From Pseudobacteriovorax sp. (GTDB taxonomy: Bacteria > Bdellovibrionota_B > Oligoflexia > Oligoflexales > Oligoflexaceae), in contig JBNKNM010000008.1 of assembly GCA_050293845.1 (NCBI GenBank), positions 1 to 64,000 on the forward strand: DNA of 64,000 nucleotides, written 5' to 3'. The stretch's first letter is position 1; each line of letters starts with the position of its first letter. Below are positions 53,721 through 63,595 of the stretch, piece by piece. The translations under genes and the position numbers were made by a program. The notes beneath the pieces were generated by a model. The model had not been told where the DNA came from and made no database searches. It was given only the letters and a program-made list of their open reading frames with translations.

Positions 53721-54158
53721 ATGATCACTTGGGGGTGTTTTTTTTTCATACTCAATAGCTTCAAAATTTGGTATTTCTTCCGCTATCAATCATGGAAATT
53801 GACAGGTCTACCAAAGCTCGACCAGCTTTCCCAACCCAACTGGAAAGCCATCAATAGCGATGAAAATTATTGGCTATACCTTATTCTATGCCAGAAAAAA
53901 AAATACTATGTTGGTATTACCAAGAATCTCCATAGACGTCGTAAAGAAGAATTCAGCCTAGGACCTCGCTGCCCAAAGTGGATGCTTAAGCACAAGCCTG
54001 TTCGCTATCTAGGAGTTTTACCCCTAAAAACAAAATCTAAGCGGCATGCGGAAAAATTAGAAACTGCATTCACAAAGCATCTTTTTAAGGAATTTGGGCG
54101 CAAAAATGTGCGTGGAGGTCGCTATGCTGCTCCTCATTTGTTCCGCTCTCATAGATAA
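53721..54158 (+). CDS. GIY-YIG nuclease family protein
   Basis: LYLILC...KYYVG.T....RR.....G....W...HKP...E......FG..NVRGG. Confidence 0.8.
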   Translation: MITWGCFFFILNSFKIWYFFRYQSWKLTGLPKLDQLSQPNWKAINSDENYWLYLILCQKKKYYVGITKNLHRRRKEEFSLGPRCPKWMLKHKPVRYLGVLPLKTKSKRHAEKLETAFTKHLFKEFGRKNVRGGRYAAPHLFRSHR

Positions 54159-54227
54159 ACTATTGTCAATTTAATACCGAATTGCTAGGATCCCCTCGGC
54201 CTTGATGTTCCTGTAGCGAGGGTGCTT

Positions 54228-54617
54228 ATGAATGGTTATATCTTTATTTTTATCGCAGCTCTTCTCAATATTTTATCTAAGGTACCTACGCTCATTTGGT
54301 TGGTAAAGAATAAACGCAGATACAACAATCATAATCCACGCAAGCAATTTCAAGAAAACGATTCATTGCAAAAACTCTACGCTGCCCATACCAATACTAT
54401 GGAAGCATTCCCCGTTTTCGCAGTTGCTATGGTCATTGGCGAACTCACTTCCTTAGCACCTCATCTATTAGCTAGCATCGGCTGGATCTTTGTTCTCAGC
54501 CGCCTTGTCTACATCTTACTTTACAGTTTTGACCTAGCTTGGCAACGTAGTGTAGTATGGGCTATTGGATGGTTTGCTTCTTTGACTCCCATAGTTATAG
54601 CAGGCTTCAAACTGTAG
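54228..54617 (+). CDS. MAPEG family membrane protein
   Basis: YNNHNPR, AAHTNTMEAFPVFA, SRLVY. Confidence 0.88.
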   Translation: MNGYIFIFIAALLNILSKVPTLIWLVKNKRRYNNHNPRKQFQENDSLQKLYAAHTNTMEAFPVFAVAMVIGELTSLAPHLLASIGWIFVLSRLVYILLYSFDLAWQRSVVWAIGWFASLTPIVIAGFKL

Positions 54618-54663
54618 CGCCGTGCTGTTGCGTACTTTGAGTCAGGTGACATTTTGATCAGAG

Positions 54664-55218
54664 TTAGAACTCCAGGGTACTTCCCAGATTGAATTGGATC
54701 TCATTAATTTTAGCCTCCAAGGGCCCTGCTAGGTTCAAGTACAATATTTCTGCATTTATTTTTAGATCTTTTCGCCATTGATAATCAAATCCACCACCAA
54801 AACCTGGTCCAGCATAATTAGATTGAATGGATTGGTATTGGCGTTGATGAAAACCGATAGTTGCATAAGGTCTTATTTTTTCAGCACTATAAATATATAA
54901 ATCGCGCTCTTTATAGGCTAGATGACGGTTAAAACTAAGGGGAAAATATTGTACGTTTATATCCATACCATACCCAAAATCATGGCTATTTGCCCCTATC
55001 AAGTACAAGGAGTAGGAGGGCTTTATTAATACTTTATCGACAACAGGAAATTCATAGAATAGACGCAAGTGCCCTAAGTTCGATAAACGTTGTCTGCCTG
55101 ATGTATTGTCACTTTCAATCACAAAATGCCCCAGACTCATGCCAACCTGGCCCATAACTACGAAACCCGGAAGCAAATAGCTCAAAAGCAAGACTATTTT
55201 AAGCGACTTTAGGACCAT
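54664..55218 (-). CDS. Outer-membrane beta-barrel protein (last gene of the mot operon)
   Basis: Signal peptide, RPYATIG..G.G.GGG.DY, terminal LEF; overlaps the upstream gene. Confidence 0.75.
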   Translation of the reverse strand: MVLKSLKIVLLLSYLLPGFVVMGQVGMSLGHFVIESDNTSGRQRLSNLGHLRLFYEFPVVDKVLIKPSYSLYLIGANSHDFGYGMDINVQYFPLSFNRHLAYKERDLYIYSAEKIRPYATIGFHQRQYQSIQSNYAGPGFGGGFDYQWRKDLKINAEILYLNLAGPLEAKINEIQFNLGSTLEF

Positions 55219-56908
55219 TGCCTAATTCCTCGACATCATTAGCAGCATCAAGATCTGATGCCTCTAAGTTGAAATCTTTCTTCAAAGTGTGGAAGATTTT
55301 AGCTATTTTTTCTCGCATGAGCCAAATATCATTTTTCTCCAATCCATTCTGATCGCAGGACTTTATGGTCTCAATGAGGATATAGTTTTGAGCATCAGAA
55401 AGATGATTCGTAACCTTACTGCGTAAGCTGCGATCGACATTAAATAGGGCGACACCCCAATCATGGGCTGAGATCATTTCCACTAGCTTAGCAAGAATAT
55501 CATCGCCACCGTCGAAAACTGCGTAGAATGGTGGTCGAATGATATGAATACTTGCATCGGCTTTCGATGCTTTATAGATATCCCTCTCTTCATCAATGGT
55601 ACAAAACCTTAAAAATTGCAACAAACCTCTTTCATGTCGAAATTTCTCAAGCATCATCATTTTGTTGTAAGGAAATATATCCAGACATTGTTTAATTAGT
55701 TCCTTACAAGCTTTTCCATCAAGGGGAGGTGGTTGAAAGTCATGCCTTAACAAGATACCCCACCCTCCCGGAAAACTTTCACGGGCAGTGGGCACGGAGA
55801 TAGTAGTGGGCATCCAAGCGAGAATCCCGAGAGCATCTCGTTGCTCTAAACTTTGGATGAAAGGTTTTAGCTTACTCCCTAACCTCCATAAGGCAATCAG
55901 AAGCTCCTGCCAAGCTAAATGATCACTATTTCTTTTACGAAATGCCAATTTCATCGCAAAATGGTAATGTTCAATTTCAACAGGTGCTTGATCAAAGAAA
56001 GCCTCAAGCCATGAAGCATCCGAACTTCTTTCAAAAACCTTCTCCTGCATGGATTTAGACATACCTTGCAATATAGTACCTAAAAAACGGGAATTGCTCT
56101 TTGCCAATGTCTCCAAATCTATCATATCTTCAAGGCAAGGAAAGCCTGGATCACTTTCTAATTGTTTTATAACTTCTTGCAACTTTTCTCCAACCTTCAT
56201 AGTATCGTTAAATTGCAAACCTGTACTCTGTTTTACGACAGGAAAGTTAGGCTGGGTTTGTCGAGTGGCACTAGTTAATGAAGGGGCTGGAGGAGTATGG
56301 TTGATGGCTTTAGTACTTTCTGAAGAGGAAAAGCTATCGCTTATACGAAGGGCAAGATATCGTAACGAAAGAATTATTGTAATTGATAAAAACAAAAGCG
56401 AGCCAATAATAAGGGCCATCCACTCTGTAGCAAAATCGGAACCCCGTTTCCAATTTTTTCGAACAAACTCTACCTTATCGCGACCTGGAATAATGTGTAA
56501 ATTTGCATATAATACATCTCTTAGCTCAAAAAGCTCATCGTCTCCAATGTACGATGGCATTGTAATCTGAATGGAAACCGTTTGCATACGTGGCAGTAAG
56601 TCTGCAACCGTTTTATTCGGATCATCCCACTCATCTAGGGCTTGAATTTCAGTTCCAGGACTATAGTATGGGAGGTTATCGGTACTGGAGTTTAAACTAG
56701 CTTCACCAGGATTACGCCTTAATGGCGTCACCGTCAAATTCACCAACATGGGGACATAGGGGAAACGATTTTTGATAACAGTTACTGCTTTTTGGTTGAG
56801 ATAGGTCTCCACTTCGACAACTTTCGGATTTTTAGCTTGCTGCGCCAATAGATTGGTGTTTGCATACAGTATTGTTACTATAAAAGAAATCAGTGAAAGC
56901 AATCGCAT
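55199..56908 (-). CDS. Membrane protein with FliF-like periplasmic segment and FliG-like (middle and C-terminal) cytoplasmic domains
   Basis: N-terminal signal/TM; VSIQI..LRDVLYANLHIIPGRDKVEFV (FliF RBM3-like); TM; LKPFIQSLEQRDALGILAWMP (FliG_M-like); FYAVFDGGDDILAKLVEMISAHDWGVALFNVDRSLRSKVTNHLS..REKIAKIF (FliG_C-like). Confidence 0.65.
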   Translation of the reverse strand: MRLLSLISFIVTILYANTNLLAQQAKNPKVVEVETYLNQKAVTVIKNRFPYVPMLVNLTVTPLRRNPGEASLNSSTDNLPYYSPGTEIQALDEWDDPNKTVADLLPRMQTVSIQITMPSYIGDDELFELRDVLYANLHIIPGRDKVEFVRKNWKRGSDFATEWMALIIGSLLFLSITIILSLRYLALRISDSFSSSESTKAINHTPPAPSLTSATRQTQPNFPVVKQSTGLQFNDTMKVGEKLQEVIKQLESDPGFPCLEDMIDLETLAKSNSRFLGTILQGMSKSMQEKVFERSSDASWLEAFFDQAPVEIEHYHFAMKLAFRKRNSDHLAWQELLIALWRLGSKLKPFIQSLEQRDALGILAWMPTTISVPTARESFPGGWGILLRHDFQPPPLDGKACKELIKQCLDIFPYNKMMMLEKFRHERGLLQFLRFCTIDEERDIYKASKADASIHIIRPPFYAVFDGGDDILAKLVEMISAHDWGVALFNVDRSLRSKVTNHLSDAQNYILIETIKSCDQNGLEKNDIWLMREKIAKIFHTLKKDFNLEASDLDAANDVEELGNGPKVA

Positions 56909-57799
56909 CTACTTCTTTCCTGGTTCGATGATAAACATAATTTTGCGCGCCATTGCCAACCGCTGTTGTCGGGTTGCCACAGATTCCCCGGGAAGTGTTC
57001 TAGTGTTAACACCATGACCGAGCAATCTTGTTTGCTGTGTCGGTATTCCAGTTTTAGCTATTAATCTTTGCGTACTTACAGCACGGAGCACGGACAGTTC
57101 CAGGTTATCACGAAACATATGAACTCCCCGCCTTACCGGTCGTTGATCCGCAAAGCCAACAATATGGAGTTGCATCGAACCCGCAAAAGGTAGGTAAGCT
57201 ACAGCAAATTTCTCGACAGCCTCCCGCCCCTCTTTGGTAAGATCGATGCTTGCCGAGTCAAAAAATGATATTTTGGGGAAATGAATAAAAACCTTATCTT
57301 CTTGTCTAATGACCTCTGCATCTAAAGCTTCGACTTCAAAATTTTCATCCACATGCTGAATAAAAGGTAATTTCATAGTTGCCTTATCAATTGCTACTTT
57401 TTCCAACTTTGTTATCGAAGTAAAACGGGTTTCCCCCTCCGAGGTAAGAGGTAAGATAAGCTGTACAATATCACGAAATCGATTAATTATTGCAGAAAGA
57501 CCATCCTGACTTTCTTGTTCTACCACAGAGCGAGAATCCACGGACAGGTCCTGGATATTTTCAGAACCTGCAGTTCCACCTTCGTTCGACATTTGCTTCG
57601 CGGATTTTGCATCTAGATTTTCTAAAGCTAAAACCAACGATCGGCTGAGCAACGTATTCCCTGTTTCCGGTTTTTGAATGGAGAAAAATAATACGAAAAA
57701 CCCTAGAAGCAATGTGATCATATCGCCATAACTAACCGCCCAGGTTCCTTCATGTGTAGCCCTTCTGCGATATGATCGTTTGCTCCCTAAGGTTCTCAT
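56909..57799 (-). CDS. motB: MotB-family stator protein
   Basis: WAVSYGDMITLLLGFFV with the conserved Asp; OmpA-like domain FFDSAS, IVGFAD, NLELSVLRA. Confidence 0.9.
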   Translation of the reverse strand: MRTLGSKRSYRRRATHEGTWAVSYGDMITLLLGFFVLFFSIQKPETGNTLLSRSLVLALENLDAKSAKQMSNEGGTAGSENIQDLSVDSRSVVEQESQDGLSAIINRFRDIVQLILPLTSEGETRFTSITKLEKVAIDKATMKLPFIQHVDENFEVEALDAEVIRQEDKVFIHFPKISFFDSASIDLTKEGREAVEKFAVAYLPFAGSMQLHIVGFADQRPVRRGVHMFRDNLELSVLRAVSTQRLIAKTGIPTQQTRLLGHGVNTRTLPGESVATRQQRLAMARKIMFIIEPGKK

Positions 57800-58581
57800 G
57801 CACTGATTCCCTCATTGACAACTTGAGACAGGATATTAACACGACTTTTCCTAGAAATATAAGAGTTCAGCATTTCCTGACTTTTAAGGAGTGATTCCTT
57901 ATCAGCTGCGAGAACTATGGCTTGCAATGCAATTTCACCCAGAAAACGTTCTTTTTCCACCTGCTTGCTAAAAGCCTCTCCTATGGGAGCTACGATGAAG
58001 TTAGCCATCAAAAGCCCATACAGTGTGGCCACCAAAGCCAGAGCCATCTTCGTTCCTGTCTGTGAAGGGTCTAGTCCTTCAGAAATAGCCCGCATCAGAT
58101 TCACAAGTCCCAGGACAGTTCCTACCAAGCCAAAAGCAGGAGGATACTTAGATAGATTATGAAAAAATTCTGCTATTTGGTGACGCTTGGCTACCAATTG
58201 ATGTAATCTTTCGGACAAAATAGCTTGAATATCTTCAGTGGAAAAATTGAGATGAATCAGTTCACCGCCATCGATATAAAGTTCTTCAGCAATGTTTTTC
58301 GGGCTTTTCTTGATAAAACTATTAGGATTCCTAATAAACTGTAGAGCCTCAAAAATCTGCTTCTTCTGAGATTTTTGAATACCAAATAAAACACCAAATA
58401 ACACTTTGAAAAAATATTCCCGATGCTGCCATGGTGCCGAAACCAACCCTACAGCTAAAGTGCCACCAATAACCATTGTTAAAGCCACATCATCGAAGTA
58501 TAGATTATAGCTCTGATCTAAAAATACGAGCGATAGTTGAATAGCGATAAATCCAGCAATAACTCCAAGAACGTAGCTCAT
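57796..58581 (-). CDS. motA: MotA-family stator protein
   Basis: VIGGT, PAFGLVGTVLGLV, MALALVATLYG.L.AN....P. Confidence 0.9.
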   Translation of the reverse strand: MSYVLGVIAGFIAIQLSLVFLDQSYNLYFDDVALTMVIGGTLAVGLVSAPWQHREYFFKVLFGVLFGIQKSQKKQIFEALQFIRNPNSFIKKSPKNIAEELYIDGGELIHLNFSTEDIQAILSERLHQLVAKRHQIAEFFHNLSKYPPAFGLVGTVLGLVNLMRAISEGLDPSQTGTKMALALVATLYGLLMANFIVAPIGEAFSKQVEKERFLGEIALQAIVLAADKESLLKSQEMLNSYISRKSRVNILSQVVNEGISA

Positions 58582-59237
58582 AAAGAACCTCCAGGACTGT
58601 CCTGCGACTTCCCAGTGATTTTCCTCAGCTTTCTAACCATAATAGCAGTTTCCACATTTTGAGGATCAACTGCTAATGACTTTTCGTATGACAACAAAGC
58701 CTCATCAAAGTTTTTCTTCAGGTAATGGATATTACCTTGAAGATCGTAGAGAACGCTTACAAAAGGAAAGTTAGAAATGAGATCATCAATTTTAAGACTT
58801 GCTATTTGCCATTCTTTTTTCATCATATTGGATTGAGCAATAGCTATTCCTTTACCCAGTTCATTAAGGCTTTTTTTGGAAATTTGTTGACACTGATCAA
58901 TTTTCTCAAAAGCCTCTGCTGCATTGTTCTCCTCTTTCTTCAAGGTAATATTTAAGCTATGATTCGATACAAAGAAAGTTTTTGGAATGATAAAATTAAG
59001 TGGTACATAACCCTCTTTTTGGGCTTGAAGATGCACAAAATCGGTTTGTGCAAAAAAGCTCTCATCCAAGTCCAGCGCTAAAGGTGTTTCTCCCGTAGTT
59101 TTAATGTCCCCACCAGAATCCTTGACAATGACCACGCTATTAGCGGGAACTGAAGTTACCGATAATTGCCCCGAAACACAGCCATTCAAGACAATGACGA
59201 AGAACGATGTTCGTAGCAACCACAAAATAACCACCAT
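58578..59237 (-). CDS. Lipoprotein with PEGA-like and TPR domains
   Basis: VLNGC lipobox; LSVTSVPANSVV..GETPL..KEGY; TPR QGNIHYLKKNFDEALLSYEKSLAVDP. Confidence 0.75.
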   Translation of the reverse strand: MVVILWLLRTSFFVIVLNGCVSGQLSVTSVPANSVVIVKDSGGDIKTTGETPLALDLDESFFAQTDFVHLQAQKEGYVPLNFIIPKTFFVSNHSLNITLKKEENNAAEAFEKIDQCQQISKKSLNELGKGIAIAQSNMMKKEWQIASLKIDDLISNFPFVSVLYDLQGNIHYLKKNFDEALLSYEKSLAVDPQNVETAIMVRKLRKITGKSQDSPGGSL

Positions 59238-59458
59238 TGAAAAATGAGTCCTGGACAAACTATCGCCATTTAGCAAAAAATCTTTACTACCCAATAGGCA
59301 ATTTCACTGAAATGTTCATTCGTTGTACGTATATCAGCAGCAGTCTTGACATTGGGAAATTTTGCGAAGATACTAAGTTTTAAACAATCTTAAACAATTT
59401 AATGTTTATAGAATTATCCAAAAACAATGCAAAAGATTTTTAATGTTTAGAGAAAAAT

Positions 59459-61666
59459 TTAGATAAAAGGTGTTACTTTGACTCTTTGATATTTGAAAGC
59501 CGGTGTTTTCGTTCGCACGTCGCGATCTCGATTGACTAGCACATTGGCTTCAGGGAAATACATCGCCACACAACCTACTTTAATATCAAAGGAAGCCACC
59601 GATACTGGCCCCATCTTCCCCACTGCAGATTGTACCAAAACCGATTGATACTCACTCAACTTCAATCGGTCTATATCTGCGGGATTCATAAGAACAATAT
59701 CCCGATGTTTTTGATTTCTGTATCTATCTTCTTCTTCATATACCACTGTATTAAATTGTCCTTCAGACCTAATTGTAACCAGTGTCAATGCTTGGTCCTG
59801 TTTATCCGTTTCCTCACCTTCTTGAAATAAGCTATCGGGTACAAAAAATTTCGATTTCCCATTGGGCGTTGGGAATTTTTGCTGATGTAAAATACGGCCC
59901 GGTATATAAAACTCCTGGCCCGTTTTCACTTTCTCATAAATTTCAGAAAAAGGATTAAAAACCATTGCTATGAGCTTGCGGATTTCATCATGCTGATGCA
60001 ATTGATTAAAATCTATTTTTGCTAGTTCTTTCCCCACTTTCTTTAAATACTGCTTCGCTATACTTGCAATGATTTTGGTCTCCGGTCGAGCCTGGCTAAT
60101 CCTCTGAGGTCCCCCTTCACTAATGCGCACATAGTTAAACATAGATTCCTGGGTGGTGGCCTGCTCCTCTTCATCCCGAGCAGCTACCGGTAAGATGATC
60201 GCTTCACGACCTAATCCATGCACATGCCCTGTGTTTAATGTGGTATTCAGTTGGACCGAAAAGGACAAGCGTGACAATGCCGTTGCCGTATAATTTGCAT
60301 CGGGACTAGCACCAAAAAGATTGCCACCCAAAAACATCGCAAAATCCATGTTTCCGGCAAATGCGCTTTCTACGCAACTTAAAGTGTCAAAACCTTGATG
60401 ATCAGGCACTTCAACCCCTAAATCGGATAATGCCTGCTGTTGTTCAGGACCAATAATTGGCTTGACTCCCATAGATCCCATGCCCTGCACATTAGAGTGC
60501 CCTCGCAGGGGTAGCAAACCCGCACCCTCGCGCCCTACCATACCCCTCAGGAGGGCTAAATTTACGATGGACTGAACCGTATCGGCCCCCTGAAGCTGAT
60601 GAGTCACACCCATAGCCCAGGAATACACGGTATTTTTTGACTTTGCGATGAGAGCCGCAACTTCTTGAATTTGATTCGTATCAATCCCACAAAGCTTTTC
60701 CAGAGTAGCCATAGATAGCTGCTCTAAACGTTCCTTAAGTTGATCAAAGCCAACAGTGTGCTGATCCACAAAACCCTGGTCAATTGCTTGTGGATAAGTT
60801 AACAGCAGTTGCTTTGCCAACGCTAGCATCAAAGCAAAGTCACCACCGGGTTTGACCTGCAAAAAGTGACTGCCTATTGCCGAAGGACGCCACAGGCTGC
60901 GGGGATCACTGGGAATAGAAAACCTAACCAACCCCACCTCATTGAGAGGATTGACAACAACGATCTTCCCCCCCTTTTTGCGAATATCACGACACATGGT
61001 CATCAGTCGAGGATGGTTGGAAGCCGGGTTCGCTCCAATAATAAATAGCAGGTCACACTGCTGAAGATCACTTAAAGTGATGGTGGCCGTACCGGTTCCC
61101 ACAGAGTCTTTTAAACCGACGCCACTGGCCTGATGGCAGTAAAACGAGCAGTTATTGACATGATTTGTTCCAAAGATCCGACAAAAGAGCTGTAAAAGAA
61201 AACCCGCTTCATTGGAAGACCTTCCACTAAAGTAAAAAAAACTTCTCTGCGGATCAGTTTGCTGGAGTGCTGATACAATTTTACTTTCGGCTTGCTCCCA
61301 AGAAATAGTTTGCAAGTGAGTTGCACCAGGTCCTTTATAAAGTGGAGTACTAATACGACCCAAGGACTCTAACTGGTGAGGATTTAATTTTTGTAGCTCA
61401 TCTATGGAGTGCTGCTGAAATAATTCATCCGGTATCCCCGGTTGCATATCAGCCACCATAGCTTGAATAGATTTCTTGCAAAACTCAGGAAAATGACCAT
61501 GCTCGTTACGCATCCCCCCTTTTTGTCCCCCCATACCTAAAGCACAGGTTTTACAAGAATTCCGACTTGTCATAGCCTTTATCAGGGGAACCGTACCGGC
61601 TTCACGGGCCTTACGTAAGGTATATTGGATGGCATGCCAACCACCCCCAGCTCGAACATGCGACAA
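59459..61666 (-). CDS. FdhF/YdeP-family molybdopterin oxidoreductase
   Basis: SGRSSNEAGFL.QLF.R.FGTN.VNNCS.YCHQASG, PLRGHSNVQG, TIRSEGQFNTVVY. Confidence 0.92.
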   Translation of the reverse strand: MSHVRAGGGWHAIQYTLRKAREAGTVPLIKAMTSRNSCKTCALGMGGQKGGMRNEHGHFPEFCKKSIQAMVADMQPGIPDELFQQHSIDELQKLNPHQLESLGRISTPLYKGPGATHLQTISWEQAESKIVSALQQTDPQRSFFYFSGRSSNEAGFLLQLFCRIFGTNHVNNCSFYCHQASGVGLKDSVGTGTATITLSDLQQCDLLFIIGANPASNHPRLMTMCRDIRKKGGKIVVVNPLNEVGLVRFSIPSDPRSLWRPSAIGSHFLQVKPGGDFALMLALAKQLLLTYPQAIDQGFVDQHTVGFDQLKERLEQLSMATLEKLCGIDTNQIQEVAALIAKSKNTVYSWAMGVTHQLQGADTVQSIVNLALLRGMVGREGAGLLPLRGHSNVQGMGSMGVKPIIGPEQQQALSDLGVEVPDHQGFDTLSCVESAFAGNMDFAMFLGGNLFGASPDANYTATALSRLSFSVQLNTTLNTGHVHGLGREAIILPVAARDEEEQATTQESMFNYVRISEGGPQRISQARPETKIIASIAKQYLKKVGKELAKIDFNQLHQHDEIRKLIAMVFNPFSEIYEKVKTGQEFYIPGRILHQQKFPTPNGKSKFFVPDSLFQEGEETDKQDQALTLVTIRSEGQFNTVVYEEEDRYRNQKHRDIVLMNPADIDRLKLSEYQSVLVQSAVGKMGPVSVASFDIKVGCVAMYFPEANVLVNRDRDVRTKTPAFKYQRVKVTPFI

Positions 61667-61774
61667 AACATCCTCCTCGGGTTATGCTAAGCATAATTCT
61701 AGAACGAACCCGAGGTCTTTACCATACCAAAGATTGGTGTCCCGCAAAGGATTTGTACTTGCTACCCCTAGCTT

Positions 61775-62962
61775 TTAAAGTTTGGCAGCGGCAGCTGTAA
61801 TACCAGATTGGGGAGCACTTTTACCCTGCTGGGCCAAACAAGCTTCAAGGGCACCCAAAAGGAGAAAAACATTTTTCTCCCTACAGGCTTCTCCCATTAA
61901 GCCTATGCGCCAAACCTTGCCGGCAAATTGTCCCAGACCACCCCCGATTTCAATCTTAAACGTTTCACGCAGAGTTTGGCGAACAGCAAGATCATCGACT
62001 CCTTCAGGTATGGAGACAGCATTGAGCTGTGGCAATTCGTATCCGGTAGCTGCCGTATATCGCAAGCCTAGGGCCTCCAGTCCTGCACGAAGGGCAAGGT
62101 GCAAACGTCGATGCCGCTCCCAACGCACCTCTAGTCCTTCTTCACAAATAATTCTCAGAGCTTCATGAAGAGCATAATTCATGCTAATGGGGGCCGTATG
62201 GTGGTAGGATCTCTTTGCGCTCCCTCCCCAATAGTTTCTGACCATCGAAAGGTCAAAATACCAACTTGTGGATGATTGCTTGCGTTGAGACATTTTATCA
62301 ATGGCCCGGTCATTGAAAGTCAGAGGAGCCAATCCTGGAGGACAACTGATACATTTTTGGGTACCACTAAATGCAGCATCAATCTGCCATTGGTCGATAT
62401 AAACCGGAGTTCCCGCTAAGGAAGTAACACAGTCAAGAACCAGCAAAGCTCCTTGTTTCCTGACTAATGGGCCAATTTGATCCATTGGTTGGGTAGCACC
62501 TGTCGAGGTTTCAGCATGAACTAGCGCGACGAGGTCAGGTTGATGCTGATCCAAAGCTTGAGCAATCTCATCCGTGCTAAAAACTTCTCCCCAAGCCTTT
62601 TCAATGGTTACAACATGAGCTCCCAATCGACCTGCCAGGTCAGCCATACGGCCCCCAAACACTCCGTTTACCCCCACCAGAACTTTATCTCCCGGTTCTA
62701 TCAGATTCACGAAGCAGGTTTCCATTCCAGCTGATCCCGTAGCACTAACTGGTAGCGTCAATTCATTTTTGGTTTGGAATATATAACGCAGCATTTCCTG
62801 ACATTCATCCATTAGCTGAATGAATTCACGATCCAAATGCCCCAACTGAGGCTTGGCCATTGCTTGTAAAACCCGATCCGATATATCGCTCGGCCCGGGA
62901 CCCATTAAGGTCATCCGCGTAGGTTTAGCCTCATTATAAATTGGCGCTACCAATTCAGACAT
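61775..62962 (-). CDS. Alanine-glyoxylate/serine-pyruvate aminotransferase (class V PLP)
   Basis: [40 protein letters not shown]. Confidence 0.95.
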   Translation of the reverse strand: MSELVAPIYNEAKPTRMTLMGPGPSDISDRVLQAMAKPQLGHLDREFIQLMDECQEMLRYIFQTKNELTLPVSATGSAGMETCFVNLIEPGDKVLVGVNGVFGGRMADLAGRLGAHVVTIEKAWGEVFSTDEIAQALDQHQPDLVALVHAETSTGATQPMDQIGPLVRKQGALLVLDCVTSLAGTPVYIDQWQIDAAFSGTQKCISCPPGLAPLTFNDRAIDKMSQRKQSSTSWYFDLSMVRNYWGGSAKRSYHHTAPISMNYALHEALRIICEEGLEVRWERHRRLHLALRAGLEALGLRYTAATGYELPQLNAVSIPEGVDDLAVRQTLRETFKIEIGGGLGQFAGKVWRIGLMGEACREKNVFLLLGALEACLAQQGKSAPQSGITAAAAKL

Positions 62963-63314
62963 GAAAATGCTCCCTTCACCATAAATAGACTCAATTGATT
63001 GATAAAAAGATTGTTAACAAATTCTTTCCAAAAACAAAACTATACCTTCCCGAAACCTCAATTTTTTGAAGCCAAAAAGTGTTTAGAACCTGATAAGTAA
63101 CTGAAGCTTCACGGTTAAAAAAAGAGATACTACACTAATTTTATTAGTTTTTTTTACTATACAAGATTATATATTTCGTGAATATCAATTTTTTTAACAA
63201 AAAAAATTTAAATTTACTGTAATCATTACACAAATCTAATTAGTAAACACCTTTTAAACTTTTGTTTTCTAAAGCCCTTCATTACAAGGCCTTGATATAA
63301 ATCATAAATTTTTA

Positions 63315-63331
63315 TTGGCACATAACCTGCT
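63315..63331 (+). promoter_or_regulatory. Sigma-54 promoter
   Basis: TTGGCACATAACCTGCT, with GG at 63317-8 and GC at 63329-30 (N10 spacing). Confidence 0.7.
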
Positions 63332-63341
63332 TTACTGAATG

Positions 63342-63595
63342 TAGTTAGCCAGTCCAAGAGGGAATGGTTAGCTCACCGATAAGCTAAAGTAAAAAAAACC
63401 TCATCTGTAAATTATTATTTAAAATTCTGTTATGGAAGACAGAATAACCTGTATAGACTAGGGATGGACAATAAGACAGGAAAGGGGAAAAAAGAGACTA
63501 GGGATGGCTAAAAGGTTGATGGGAAGCTTTCACGATGAAAGCGATTGAGATGAAGTTGCAGGAGGCAGCTGGGCATAGGAAGGCCACCATCTCAA
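63342..63595 (+). ncRNA. Candidate CsrB/RsmZ-like GGA-repeat small RNA
   Basis: No ORF of 60 aa or more; ten GGA motifs, several in hairpin loops; AGACTAGGGATGG occurs twice; lies immediately downstream of a sigma-54 motif. Confidence 0.6.

Noticed and set aside
56909..58581. Zorya ZorAB, ExbBD/TolQR or gliding AglRQS assignment
   Set aside because: The proteins carry flagellar-type MotA/MotB motifs (W..SYGD..TLL, OmpA-like domain), there is no long ZorA tail or ZorC-E genes, and the neighbour is FliG-like.
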